From positions 1-44,093 of the forward strand of contig JAPVSX010000323.1 of NCBI GenBank assembly GCA_047519495.1: a stretch of 44,093 nt of DNA, written 5' to 3'. This stretch comes from Armatimonadota bacterium. Its GTDB lineage: Bacteria; Sysuimicrobiota; Sysuimicrobiia; Sysuimicrobiales; Segetimicrobiaceae. Each line of letters starts with the position of its first letter. Within the stretch, counting starts at the first letter, position 1. Below the pieces are notes generated by a model that searched no databases, was not told where the DNA came from, and worked only from the letters and a program-made list of their open reading frames with translations. Shown here one piece after another: positions 16,387-25,113 of this stretch. A program made the translations under genes and the position numbers.

Positions 16387-18261
16387 CTACTCCATCGGTA
16401 TATCGCGCTCGTGCGCGGGTGAGGCGTCCGGACCGCTGGCAGACGTCGGGCCCGGGCCGCCCGCGCGCGCTGCGATTGCGCGCAGGCGGGCTTCCACCTC
16501 GCCCGGCGCGAACGGCAGCCCGTCGTACTTGCGCACCGCCTCGATTTTTCCATGGCCTCCGACATGAGCAAGAATCAGAGTCGCCAGCTGGCCGGTGGCG
16601 TTGTGCTCGACGACCGCGACGCGGCGGGCGCGCGCCACCTCCGGGCCGACCTCGTGCGTGGGGAACGGCCACAGGCAGCGGATCTGCAGAAACCGGGCGC
16701 GGCGGCCGTCGCGCCCGAGCCGCTCGAGCGCCTCGCGGACCGGGCCACACGCCGAGCCGAGCGAGACGACGAGGAGGTCGCCGCCGCCCTCGGCGCGCGT
16801 TGCCGCGAGGTGCGGCCAGACGTCACTCGTCTTGCGGAGCCGCTTCTCCACCATCGTCCGGCGGACCGACGGGTCCTCGACGTCGATCACCCCCCGGTCG
16901 TCGTGGGCGTCCCCGCTGCTCAGGAACAGCGCGCCCGGCTGCCCCGGGACGGCCCGCGGCGAGATTCCGCTCGGGGTCAGCGCGTACCGCCGGTAGGTCC
17001 GTCCGGCCGCCTGCGCCTCCGCATCGCTGAGCCGCTCGCCCCGATCGACCCGGACTTCCGCGAGCGGCAGGCCGGCGGTGGTCCGCTTCTTCAAGACGAG
17101 GTCCTGGTCGACGGCCACAATCACGGGGCACTGGAAGCGCTCGGCCAGGTTGAACGCCCGCGCCGTGTCGAGGAAGCACTCCTCGAGGGTGGCGGGTGCG
17201 AGCACGATCCGGGGGAACTCGCCGTGCGCGGCGTACACCATGTGCAGCAGGTCACTCTGCTCGTGCTTGGTCGGCATCCCCGCGCTCGGCCCCGGCCGCT
17301 GCGCGGCGACGATCACGGCCGGGATCTCGGCCATCCCGGCCAGGCCGAGCGTCTCGGTCATGAGCGAGAGGCCGGGTCCGCTCGTGGCGGTCATCGCGCG
17401 CACGCCCGCGTAGCCGGCGCCGATCACGATGCCGAGCGCGGCGATCTCGTCCTCGGTCTGCAACACCGCGCCGCCCACTCGGGGGAGGTGCTCGGCCATC
17501 CATTCGAGCACGTCGCTCGCCGGCGTGATCGGATAGCTGGCGTACAGGCGGCAGCCGGCGGCCAGAGCGCCCATCGCGATCGCGTCGTTGCCCGACAGGA
17601 AATATCGGGGGGAAGCGCCGGTGAGCGGCCCGGAGCGTTGCCGGCGGCCCCGCGCACCGGTCCGGAGCGTGGCAAGCGGCGCCGCCGCGGCGCGTCGGGC
17701 ATCGTGCGCCGGGCCCGGATGCGTGTCGGCGTAGCGCCAGCCGGCGTCCACCGCGGCGGTGTTGCGCTCCTGCACCCGGGCGCCTTTGTCCGCGAACCGC
17801 CGCCGGACGGCCACCCGCAGTGCCTCGAGATCGAGCCCGAGGACGCGCGCCGAGACGCCGAGGGCCACGATGTTCTTCATGATGGCGTCGCCGGCGTCCT
17901 GAGCGATCGCGGTCAGCGGGACGCCGCAGCAGCCGGCGACCGCGCCGGCCGGGGGACGGGCCGTGACCCTGAGGTCGTCCACGACGAGGAGCCCGCCGGG
18001 CCCGAGCGCGGGCGCGTACCGGGCTACCGTTTCATCGTCGAGCGCGACGACGCAGTCGAGGCGGTCGCTGCGCGCGTAGAGGGGGCGGTCGGCGACCCGG
18101 ACCTCGTAGGACGTCGGCCCGCCCTTGATGATCGGGGGGAACAGCCGGAAGGTGTGCACCTCGAGCCCCGCGTGGGCCGCCGCGCGCGCGAACACCTCTC
18201 CGGCCGAGTCCACGCCTTCCCCTGTCTTGCCTCCGATCAGCCAGGTGAGGTCAACAGCCAT
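16387..18261 (-). CDS. 2-oxoacid:ferredoxin (acceptor) oxidoreductase, fused gamma-alpha subunit (624 aa), copy 2
   Basis: The N-terminal gamma-type domain reads MAVDLTWLIGGKTGEGVDSAGEVFARAAAHAGLEV.... After a linker comes the alpha-type domain: FLSGNDAIAMGALAAGCRLYASYPITPASDV...TATSGPGLSLMTE...PGPSAGMPTK. Confidence 0.9.
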   Translation of the reverse strand: MAVDLTWLIGGKTGEGVDSAGEVFARAAAHAGLEVHTFRLFPPIIKGGPTSYEVRVADRPLYARSDRLDCVVALDDETVARYAPALGPGGLLVVDDLRVTARPPAGAVAGCCGVPLTAIAQDAGDAIMKNIVALGVSARVLGLDLEALRVAVRRRFADKGARVQERNTAAVDAGWRYADTHPGPAHDARRAAAAPLATLRTGARGRRQRSGPLTGASPRYFLSGNDAIAMGALAAGCRLYASYPITPASDVLEWMAEHLPRVGGAVLQTEDEIAALGIVIGAGYAGVRAMTATSGPGLSLMTETLGLAGMAEIPAVIVAAQRPGPSAGMPTKHEQSDLLHMVYAAHGEFPRIVLAPATLEECFLDTARAFNLAERFQCPVIVAVDQDLVLKKRTTAGLPLAEVRVDRGERLSDAEAQAAGRTYRRYALTPSGISPRAVPGQPGALFLSSGDAHDDRGVIDVEDPSVRRTMVEKRLRKTSDVWPHLAATRAEGGGDLLVVSLGSACGPVREALERLGRDGRRARFLQIRCLWPFPTHEVGPEVARARRVAVVEHNATGQLATLILAHVGGHGKIEAVRKYDGLPFAPGEVEARLRAIAARAGGPGPTSASGPDASPAHERDIPME

Positions 18262-18267
18262 GGCGGC

Positions 18268-19011
18268 TCATCCCACAGCCTCATAGCCCTTGCCCAGATA
18301 CGCCGACCGGACGCCGGGATGCGCCATCAGCTCGTCGGGCCGGCCCCGCAGCACGATCCGGCCCCGCTCCATGACGCAGACCCGGTCCGCGATCAGCATC
18401 GCCGCCTTCACGTTCTGCTCCACGAGCACGACGGTCAGGCCCTCCGCCCGCCGGAGGTCCTGGAGCGTCTGCATGATCTCCCGTACGACCCGCGGCGCGA
18501 GCCCGAGCGACGGCTCGTCGAGCAGAAGGACACGCGGCCGCGACATGAGGCCGCGCCCGATCGCGAGCATCTGCTGTTCGCCCCCGCTCAGATGGCCGCC
18601 CGAGCGATGCACCATTTCGGCAAGTTTAGGAAAGATCCTGAGGGGGCGCGCAACGTCCGCCCGGACGCCGCCCCGGTCGCGCCAGTACCGGTGATAACCG
18701 CCGAGGATCAGATTCTCCCGGACGGTCAGCCGGTTGAAGATCTGGCGTCGCTCGGGCACGAGGCAGAGGCCCGCCCGCACGATCTCCTCGGCCGGCCGCC
18801 CGGTGAGGTCCCGGCCCGCCAGGCAGATGCTCCCGGCCGTCGGCGGAAACACCCCCGCGAGCGTCCCGAGGAGCGTGGACTTCCCCGCGCCGTTCGGCCC
18901 GATTAACGCGACGACCTCGCCGGTCAGTACATCCAGGTCGATCCCGTGGAGCACCTGAGTGCCTCCGCGGCGGGTGACGAGTGCCGAGACCTCCAGCAGG
19001 GGGGCGGTCAC
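18268..19011 (-). CDS. livF: HAAT-family ABC transporter ATP-binding protein, LivF-like, copy 2
   Basis: C-terminal 247 aa of track ORF 18268..19509: VTAPLLEVSALVTRRGGTQVLHGIDL...GPNGAGKSTLLG...LSGGEQQMLAIGRGL...LLLDEPSLGLAP. GTG at 19011 overlaps the livG stop (GTGA). Confidence 0.9.
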   Translation of the reverse strand: MTAPLLEVSALVTRRGGTQVLHGIDLDVLTGEVVALIGPNGAGKSTLLGTLAGVFPPTAGSICLAGRDLTGRPAEEIVRAGLCLVPERRQIFNRLTVRENLILGGYHRYWRDRGGVRADVARPLRIFPKLAEMVHRSGGHLSGGEQQMLAIGRGLMSRPRVLLLDEPSLGLAPRVVREIMQTLQDLRRAEGLTVVLVEQNVKAAMLIADRVCVMERGRIVLRGRPDELMAHPGVRSAYLGKGYEAVG

Positions 19012-19892
19012 GACGTCGGAGCCCTCCCGGCGGGCTCGCCGGCCGCGGCGTCGCCGGGCCCCTCTCCCAGATAAGCGGCGATGACGCGCGGATGCCGCTG
19101 GATCTCCTGGGGCGTCCCTTCTGCGATCTTCTCGCCGTAATCGAGGACGACGACCCGGTCGGCCGCCTCCATGACCACGTCCATGTTGTGCTCGATGACG
19201 ACAAACGTCACGCCCCCCGCCCGGAGGCGCCGGATCACCTCTACCAGGTCCCGCGCCTCGGCGGCGCTCAAGCCGGCGGTCGGCTCGTCGAGCAGAAGAA
19301 TCGCCGGGCGGGCCGCAAGCGCGCGGGCGATCTCGAGGAGCCGCTGCTGGCCCACCGGAAGATCCCGGGCCGGATCGTGGGCGCGGTCCCGGATGCCGAC
19401 CAGCGCAAGGGCGTCGAGTGCGGCGTCGGAGACGGCGCGGTCCTCGCGGATCGCTACCGGCAGGGCGAGCGCGGCCGCCAGCAAGCCGGTGCGGGTCCAG
19501 CGGTGGCATCCGACCATCACGTTCTCTGCCACGGTCATCTCACTGAAGACGACCAGGTTTTGGAACGTCCGGATGATCCCGAGCGCCGCGATCCGCGCAG
19601 GGAGGTGCCGGGTGATCGGGGCTCCACGGTATCGGACCTCGCCGGCGGTAGGCGGCAGAAATCCGGTGATCGTGTTGAACAGGGTCGTCTTGCCCGCGCC
19701 GTTGGGCCCGATTACGGCGACGATCTCACGGGGCGCGACAGCGAACGTCACGCGGTCCAGGGCCATCAGCCCGCCGAACTGACGGGTGAGCCCCTCGATC
19801 TCGAGCAACGGTCCGTTGGTCTCGGCAAGCCGCTCCTGCGGGAGGGACGGCTCGACCCCTCCGGTGACGCGCCTCTCGAAGCCTCCGCTCAA
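19008..19892 (-). CDS. livG: HAAT-family ABC transporter ATP-binding protein, LivG-like, copy 2
   Basis: 294-aa ORF: LLEIEGLTRQFGGLMALDRVTF...GPNGAGKTTLFN...LPVGQQRLLEIARAL...LLLDEPTAGLSA. The TTG start at 19892 overlaps the livM stop (TTGA). Confidence 0.88.
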   Translation of the reverse strand: MSGGFERRVTGGVEPSLPQERLAETNGPLLEIEGLTRQFGGLMALDRVTFAVAPREIVAVIGPNGAGKTTLFNTITGFLPPTAGEVRYRGAPITRHLPARIAALGIIRTFQNLVVFSEMTVAENVMVGCHRWTRTGLLAAALALPVAIREDRAVSDAALDALALVGIRDRAHDPARDLPVGQQRLLEIARALAARPAILLLDEPTAGLSAAEARDLVEVIRRLRAGGVTFVVIEHNMDVVMEAADRVVVLDYGEKIAEGTPQEIQRHPRVIAAYLGEGPGDAAAGEPAGRAPTS

Positions 19893-20908
19893 TGCGCGCC
19901 TCCACCGGGGGGCCCGGCCTTGGCGGGGGCAGGGCGGGGCAGGGCGGCGGGCCGCGATAGCCCGCGGCGCATGTCCAGTGCTCCGCGGACGATCCCCGAG
20001 GGGAAGAAGATCATGATCAGGACGAGGAGGATGCCGTAGATCGCCGTCTGATATTCGCCGCCGACCCGGGGAAAGATCCGCGGGACCTCCGCCCGAATGA
20101 CCTGGTCCAGGATCGTCACGGCCCCGGCGCCCAGGAGGCCGCCCCAGATGTTGGTCAACCCGCCCACGACCGCCATGATCAGGAAGAACAGCGAGGCGTA
20201 CAGTGAGAACGGCGACGGCGAGATGAACCGGACATAGTGCGCGTACAGCGCGCCGGCGAGCGCCGCGTAGGCGGCACTCAAGATGAAGACCTGCATTCGG
20301 TATCGCGAGACTTCGACGCCCAGCGCGGCCGCACCGACTTCACTGCCGAGGATCGCCCGCAGCGCCCGGCCGGTGCGGTGCGATGTGATGTTGCGCGCGA
20401 GGACAAGGGTGGCGAGCACGAGGCTCCAGATCAGGTAGTAGAACTGCACGTCGGCCGGGAGGCGTATGCCCGGTACCTCAAGCGGTGGAATGTCCCGGAG
20501 CCCGGACGCCCCGCCGGTGATGGGGACGAGCTGCACCATCAGCACGTTGACGATGATGCCGACGGCCAGCGTCGCGAGGACAAAGAAGTGCTCGGCGAGG
20601 CGCAACGTCGGCAGCCCGACAATGTACGCCGTGCCCGCAACCATCAGCATCGCGAGCGGGATCGTCGCCCAGGGGGACCATCCGAGATTCTTGCCCATGA
20701 GCGCGGAGATGTACGCCCCGAGTCCGTAGAAGGCGGCCTGGCCGAGCGAGACCTGGCCGCTGCACCCGAGCAGGATGAGTCCCAGGGTGACGATCGCGTA
20801 CAGGCCGATGATGTTGAGGAGCGTCATGACGTAGGCTGTCGAGACGACGACCGGGAGCGCCGCGAGCCCCACGGCGAGCGCCGCGAGCCCGATCCGGTCC
20901 CGGCTCAT
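19889..20908 (-). CDS. livM: HAAT-family ABC transporter permease, LivM-like, copy 2
   Basis: C-terminal 339 aa of track ORF 19889..21109, starting at ATG 20908: MSRDRIGLAALAVGLAALPVVV...LGLILLGCSGQVSLGQAAFYGLGAYISAL. It is very hydrophobic. Confidence 0.88.
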   Translation of the reverse strand: MSRDRIGLAALAVGLAALPVVVSTAYVMTLLNIIGLYAIVTLGLILLGCSGQVSLGQAAFYGLGAYISALMGKNLGWSPWATIPLAMLMVAGTAYIVGLPTLRLAEHFFVLATLAVGIIVNVLMVQLVPITGGASGLRDIPPLEVPGIRLPADVQFYYLIWSLVLATLVLARNITSHRTGRALRAILGSEVGAAALGVEVSRYRMQVFILSAAYAALAGALYAHYVRFISPSPFSLYASLFFLIMAVVGGLTNIWGGLLGAGAVTILDQVIRAEVPRIFPRVGGEYQTAIYGILLVLIMIFFPSGIVRGALDMRRGLSRPAALPRPAPAKAGPPGGGAH

Positions 20909-20954
20909 CGGACGACCTCGCGCCCGCTCTCTCGCGCCCGGCCGGAGGACGTCG

Positions 20955-21830
20955 TCATGCCTGCCGCCGCTGCGCTCCATGCAGCAGCCCTTCCCGCTGG
21001 AGGAACAGGACGGCCAGCAGCACGAGGAACGTGATCGCGCCGCCGTACCCCGGCGAGAGGTAACCTGTCGCCAGCGCCTCGATGAGACCGACGAGATAGC
21101 CTCCGACAACCGCGGCAGGGGCGTTGGTGAGACCGCCGATCACCGCGGCGACGAAGCCCTTGAGCCCGAGGGTCAGCCCCATGTCGTATGTGGCGCCCGT
21201 GATCGGCGTGATGACGATCCCTGCGACCGCCCCCAGCCCCGCGCTCAGGGTGAAGGCGAAGAGCGCCATCCGGCGGGGGCTGATGCCCATGAGCCGGCTG
21301 GCGAAGGGGTTGTCGGCGCAGGCGCGGACCGCGGCGCCCGGCACCGTGCGCGCGAAGAACAGGAAGAGGGCGGCCACGACGAGGACCGAGAGGCCGATCG
21401 CCCACATCGCCTGCCGCACCAGGATCCCGCCGAGGATCTCAAGCGCGGCGCCCGGCGTGAACTCCGGCAGGGTGTACGGGTCGGCGCCCCAGAGCATCAG
21501 CGCGAGGCCGCGGAACGCCATCGAGACGCCGAACGTGATGATGATGAGCGTGAGCGGGTGGCTGCCGTAGGCCGGCTCCACGGCGAGCCGCTCCGTGGCG
21601 GCACCGAGGACTGAGACCCCGGCCACCGCGGCGAGGGCGGCGAGCGGCAGGGAGACGTGCCACGCGAGGAGGGTGGCGCAGACGAGGGCCCCGAGCATCG
21701 AGAACTCGCCCTGCGCGAAGTTGAGGATTCCCGTCACGTTGTAGATCAGGACGAAGCCGAGGGCGACGAGCGCGTAGGTGCTGCCGACCGTGAGGCCGGT
21801 CAGGACGAGCTGGGGGAGCAGCGCGAGCAC
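20955..21830 (-). CDS. livH: HAAT-family ABC transporter permease, LivH-like, copy 2
   Basis: 291-aa ORF MLALLPQLVLTGLTVGSTYALVALGFVLIYNVTGILNFAQGEFSMLGA..., a typical LivH pattern. Confidence 0.9.
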   Translation of the reverse strand: MLALLPQLVLTGLTVGSTYALVALGFVLIYNVTGILNFAQGEFSMLGALVCATLLAWHVSLPLAALAAVAGVSVLGAATERLAVEPAYGSHPLTLIIITFGVSMAFRGLALMLWGADPYTLPEFTPGAALEILGGILVRQAMWAIGLSVLVVAALFLFFARTVPGAAVRACADNPFASRLMGISPRRMALFAFTLSAGLGAVAGIVITPITGATYDMGLTLGLKGFVAAVIGGLTNAPAAVVGGYLVGLIEALATGYLSPGYGGAITFLVLLAVLFLQREGLLHGAQRRQA

Positions 21831-21877
21831 GGGGTGGGCGGGGGCCGGTACGGCGGCGCCGGGCCGGCCCTCTTCCG

Positions 21878-23095
21878 CTACTTCCAGACCTGCCAGTCGC
21901 CGTTCTGGATGACCACGAGGACCATGTCCTTGGTGCCCAATCCGTTGTGATCCTGGGGCGACATGTTGAAGACCCCGCCGGTGGCGATGAACCCGCGGAG
22001 GTGCTCCAGGTAGTCCCGGACTCTGGCCTTGTCGGGCCCGACGTGCCGGAGCGCGTCGACGAGCATTGTGATCCCGTCGAACGCGTGCCCGCCGAAGGTG
22101 CTGGCCGTATAGTGGTTGGCGGCCTCGAAGTCCCGGGCGTACTTCTCGAGCAGCGCCTTCTGGGGGTCGCCCGCCGGGAGCTGCCCGACGACGAGCAGTT
22201 TGCCGGAGGGGAACACCACCCCGTTCGCCGCCGGGCCGGCAAGCTGGATGAACGCCTTGTTGGCGATCCCGTGGCTCTCCACGATCGGCATCCGCATCCC
22301 CAGCTGCCGGATGTTCTTCGCCGCGATCGACGCGGTCGGCGGCGTGCTCCAGACGACCATCACGTCGGGGTTGCGGACCCGGGCCCGAGCCACCTGCGCG
22401 CTCAGGTCCGTGTCGGTCGCCGCGAACGGCTCGACGTCGACGAGATTTATCCCCTGGTGAACACCGAAGGTCCGGAGCGCGACGAGGCCGTCCTGGCCGA
22501 AGTCATCGTTCCGGTAGAGGAACGCGAATGTCCTGGCGTGGATGGCGACCAGGTACTCCAGCGCCTTCCCCGCCGCCGTGGCATTTCGCTGCGGCATCTG
22601 GAACACCCACGCCCGGCTCGGGACGCTGAGCGTCGTGCTGGCCGCGACCGACATGAACGGGATGTCCGCCTGCATCGCATAGTCGGCCATCGCCTGCGAC
22701 TCGGGGCTGGTCGTGCCGCCAACGACCGCCACGGCGTTGTCCTCCGTCACGGCTTTCTTCATGAGGAGGAGCGCTTTGGTGGGATCGCTCTCGCTGTCGT
22801 AGGTGATGATCTGGACCGGGCGCCCGCCGATCCCGCCTTCGAGCTGCGCCTGCAGCATCGTGGCTGTGTCCTTTTCGGGCTTGCCGAGCGAGCTCGCGGG
22901 CCCGGTCACCGCGAACACCGTGCCGACCTTGATCGGAGCGCCCTGCCCCAGCACCGGCCGGCCGGGCAGGAACAGGCCCGCGGCCAGGCCGACGGCCAAG
23001 GCGATGACGGTGAGCCTCCGTGACACCGACAGCACCGTAGGGGTCGAGCCCTCCCTCTGGGAGGACATGCGTATCGAGCCCAACGTGATCACCAC
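21878..23095 (-). CDS. livK: ABC transporter substrate-binding protein, LivK / type-1 periplasmic binding fold, copy 2; ligand unknown
   Basis: 405-aa track ORF with a signal-like SRRLTVIALAVGLAAGLFLPG, then IKVGTVFAVTGPASSLGKPEKD...VVGGTTSPES. The start is either GTG 23095 or ATG 23068 (MSSQREGS...). Confidence 0.87.
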   Translation of the reverse strand: MVITLGSIRMSSQREGSTPTVLSVSRRLTVIALAVGLAAGLFLPGRPVLGQGAPIKVGTVFAVTGPASSLGKPEKDTATMLQAQLEGGIGGRPVQIITYDSESDPTKALLLMKKAVTEDNAVAVVGGTTSPESQAMADYAMQADIPFMSVAASTTLSVPSRAWVFQMPQRNATAAGKALEYLVAIHARTFAFLYRNDDFGQDGLVALRTFGVHQGINLVDVEPFAATDTDLSAQVARARVRNPDVMVVWSTPPTASIAAKNIRQLGMRMPIVESHGIANKAFIQLAGPAANGVVFPSGKLLVVGQLPAGDPQKALLEKYARDFEAANHYTASTFGGHAFDGITMLVDALRHVGPDKARVRDYLEHLRGFIATGGVFNMSPQDHNGLGTKDMVLVVIQNGDWQVWK

Positions 23096-23361
23096 CCCCC
23101 CATGAAACGTGCCTTACAGACGGTCGGCCTGCGCCCGCTGGGAGAATCGCCAGCGGTCCACCTCATGCTCGGAGCCGTCTGGGCGCGTGCGGCTGCGCGC
23201 AACAGAGTTGCCGTCCCCCGGAGACGCCGGGCGGCCCGCGCCAAAACTCTGCGCAGGCCGCCCTCTCGCGGCGTGTCCGCGTCGGGGTGCCTCTGTGCAG
23301 AGCAGCATCCCCACAGCCCTCCGCAGTGTTATACGAACGGCGCGGAAAACCCTCCAGGGAA

Positions 23362-23427
23362 GGCGCCCGCCGCAGCGCGATCCTCGCGGATCCCCCCTGA
23401 GGACAGGCCCTCCCTGCGGCGGGCGCC
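23362..23427. repeat. perfect 14-bp GC-rich inverted repeat (GGCGCCCGCCGCAG ... CTGCGGCGGGCGCC) with a 38-nt spacer containing a nested CGCGA-tcc-TCGCG hairpin
   Basis: Read directly from the sequence in the 461-nt divergent intergenic region between livK-2 and hpaB. No U-tract follows on either strand. Function unknown. Confidence 0.7.
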
Positions 23428-23481
23428 CCTGCGGGGCACAGGCAAGCAGGCAGCCTCCCCGGTCCGCCACATATGATATCC

Positions 23482-23487
23482 TAGAAT
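23482..23487 (+). promoter_or_regulatory. candidate -10 box TAGAAT for hpaB
   Basis: It sits within the only AT-rich patch (ACATATGATATCCTAGAATACC, 23469-23490) of the intergenic region, 70 nt upstream of ATG 23557. The -35 is poor (CCGGTC). Confidence 0.35.
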
Positions 23488-23556
23488 ACCAGACGATCCA
23501 CGTGGCCCTGGGCTGCCACCGGATCCCGAAGATGGGGCGACGGGAGGCGTAGCGCG

Positions 23557-25041
23557 ATGCCGGCGAGAACGGGAGCGCAGTTCCTGCAGGGACTGAGGGA
23601 TCGCCCGCGGGACCTGTGGCTCGAGGGGCAGCGCGTGGCGGATCCGATCGGGCACCCGGCGTTCCGAAACCTGGTGCGCAGCCTGGCCGCCTTGTACGAC
23701 ATGCAGCACGACCCGGCGGTGCGCGACGAGATGACGTATGTGTCGCCCACAACCGGCAAGCGGGTCGGGCTGTCGTTCCTCACGCCCCAGACCCACGACG
23801 ACCTCGTGCGCGTGCGGACCATGATGAAGCGGTGGGCGGACTACTCCGGCGGGTTCATGGGCCGCACACCGGACTACCTGAACCGCGCCCTCGCGGGGTA
23901 CGCGTCGGCCGCCGCGTATTGCGCCGAGAACGACCCGCGGTTCGGCGAGAACATCCGCCGGTACTATGAGTACGTGCGCGAGCACGACCTGTGCCTCACC
24001 CACACGCTGATCAACCCCCAGGCGAACCGGTCGGTCGGGCCGGCGCAGCAGGCCGACCCATTTCTCGCGGCGCGGATCGCGGAGGAGAACAGCCGGGGCA
24101 TCGTGCTGCGCGGCGCCCGCATGCTGGCCACGCTGCCCACGGCCGACGAGATCATGATCTTCCCGTCGACGCTCCTCCGGGCGGGCCCGGACGACGCCCC
24201 GTATGCCTACGCGGTCGCCCTCCCCACCGATACCCCGGGCCTGCGCTTTCTGTGCCGCGAGTCGTTCGACTACGGCAAGTCGAACTTCGACCATCCGCTG
24301 GGCTCCCGCTTCGAGGAGATGGACGCGGTGGTCGTCTTCGACAACGTGCTCGTGCCGTGGGAGCGGGTATTCCTGCTGCGGGACGTAGAGAAGTGCAACA
24401 GAGCGTTCGCGACGACCGGCGCCGTCGCGCACATGGCGCACCAGGTCGTGACGAAGAACGTCGCGAAGACCGAGTTCATCCTGGGCGTGGCCTCCTTGAT
24501 CGTCGACACGATCGCGATCGAGTCGTTCCAGCACGTCCACGAGAAGATGGCCGAGATCATCATCAGCCTGGAAGCGATGCGGGCGTTCGTGCGCACAAGC
24601 GAGGTCGAGGCGCAGGTGAACCGCTGGGGCGTGATGCAGCCCGCGTGGCCGCCGCTGGATGCGGCGCGGAACGTCTATACGCGGATGTACCCGCGCATGG
24701 TGGAAATCTTACAGCAGCTCGGCGCCTCGGGGTTCATGGCGATCCCAACCGAGAAGGACCTCGGGGGCCCCCAGGCCGACGCGATCCGCAGATACTACCA
24801 GGCGGCGCGCGCGGACGCCGCGAGCCGCATCAAGCTGTTCCGGCTCGCCTGGGATATCGCGATCAGCGCCTTCGGGTCACGGCAGGTGCTGTACGAGCGG
24901 TTCTTCTTCGGCGATCCGGTGCGCATGGCCGGCGCGATGTTCAACGCCTACGACCGCCGGCCGTACATGGAGCGCGTGAAGGAGTTTCTCGAGCGCTCGG
25001 AGCGGGCCGCCCCGGCGCGAGAGCCCGCGCCGGCGGACTAG
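23557..25041 (+). CDS. hpaB: 4-hydroxyphenylacetate 3-monooxygenase, oxygenase component (group D flavin-dependent monooxygenase)
   Basis: 494-aa ORF: MPARTGAQFLQGLRDRPRDLWLEGQRVADPIGHPAFRNLVRSLAALYDMQHDP...MGRTPDYLN. As far as I recall it is collinear with Thermus-type HpaB. GGGAGG lies 9 nt upstream of the ATG. A flavin reductase gene follows. Confidence 0.9.
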   Translation: MPARTGAQFLQGLRDRPRDLWLEGQRVADPIGHPAFRNLVRSLAALYDMQHDPAVRDEMTYVSPTTGKRVGLSFLTPQTHDDLVRVRTMMKRWADYSGGFMGRTPDYLNRALAGYASAAAYCAENDPRFGENIRRYYEYVREHDLCLTHTLINPQANRSVGPAQQADPFLAARIAEENSRGIVLRGARMLATLPTADEIMIFPSTLLRAGPDDAPYAYAVALPTDTPGLRFLCRESFDYGKSNFDHPLGSRFEEMDAVVVFDNVLVPWERVFLLRDVEKCNRAFATTGAVAHMAHQVVTKNVAKTEFILGVASLIVDTIAIESFQHVHEKMAEIIISLEAMRAFVRTSEVEAQVNRWGVMQPAWPPLDAARNVYTRMYPRMVEILQQLGASGFMAIPTEKDLGGPQADAIRRYYQAARADAASRIKLFRLAWDIAISAFGSRQVLYERFFFGDPVRMAGAMFNAYDRRPYMERVKEFLERSERAAPAREPAPAD

Positions 25042-25113
25042 GAGCACGCCGGTGAACTGGGTAGGCATCGCATCACCCCAGCGAATTCTCGGGGTGGGCT
25101 AGGCGGCGCCTCT

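Noticed and set aside
16552-18906. Very long antisense ORFs opposite real genes. Examples: 16552..18906 (+, 784 aa), 13734..15572 (+), 12785..14458 (+), 6061..7869 (+), 4574..6166 (+), 1138..2634 (+), 23329..24540 (-), 25073..26563 (-), 31836..33128 (-), 36375..37721 (+), 38950..39972 (+), 41062..42393 (+), 42759..43946 (+).
   Set aside because: Their translations are dominated by Arg/Pro/Gly/Ala/Asp runs with no recognisable domains. Each lies opposite a gene with clear family motifs. Stop-poor antisense frames are expected at this GC content.
9292-23095. The two livKHMGF sets and two PaaK-like genes as a recent segmental duplication.
   Set aside because: The protein sequences of the two copies differ extensively (for example LivH MTFYVLQALNG... 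versus MLALLPQLVLTG...), and the gene spacing differs. They are old paralogs, not a recent repeat.
23102-23752. ORFs inside the livK-2/hpaB intergenic region (23102..23476 +, 23109..23552 +, 23114..23752 -) as candidate novel small proteins.
   Set aside because: Their low-complexity Arg/Pro/Ala-rich translations have no coding-like third-position pattern and no RBS. The region is better explained as regulatory or structured DNA.
25074-25096. The intercistronic hairpin CACCCC-agcgaattctc-GGGGTG between hpaB and hpaC as a terminator or attenuator.
   Set aside because: It has only a 6-bp stem with an 11-nt loop and no U-tract. hpaC needs hpaB co-expression, so it is probably insignificant or at most an mRNA-stability element.
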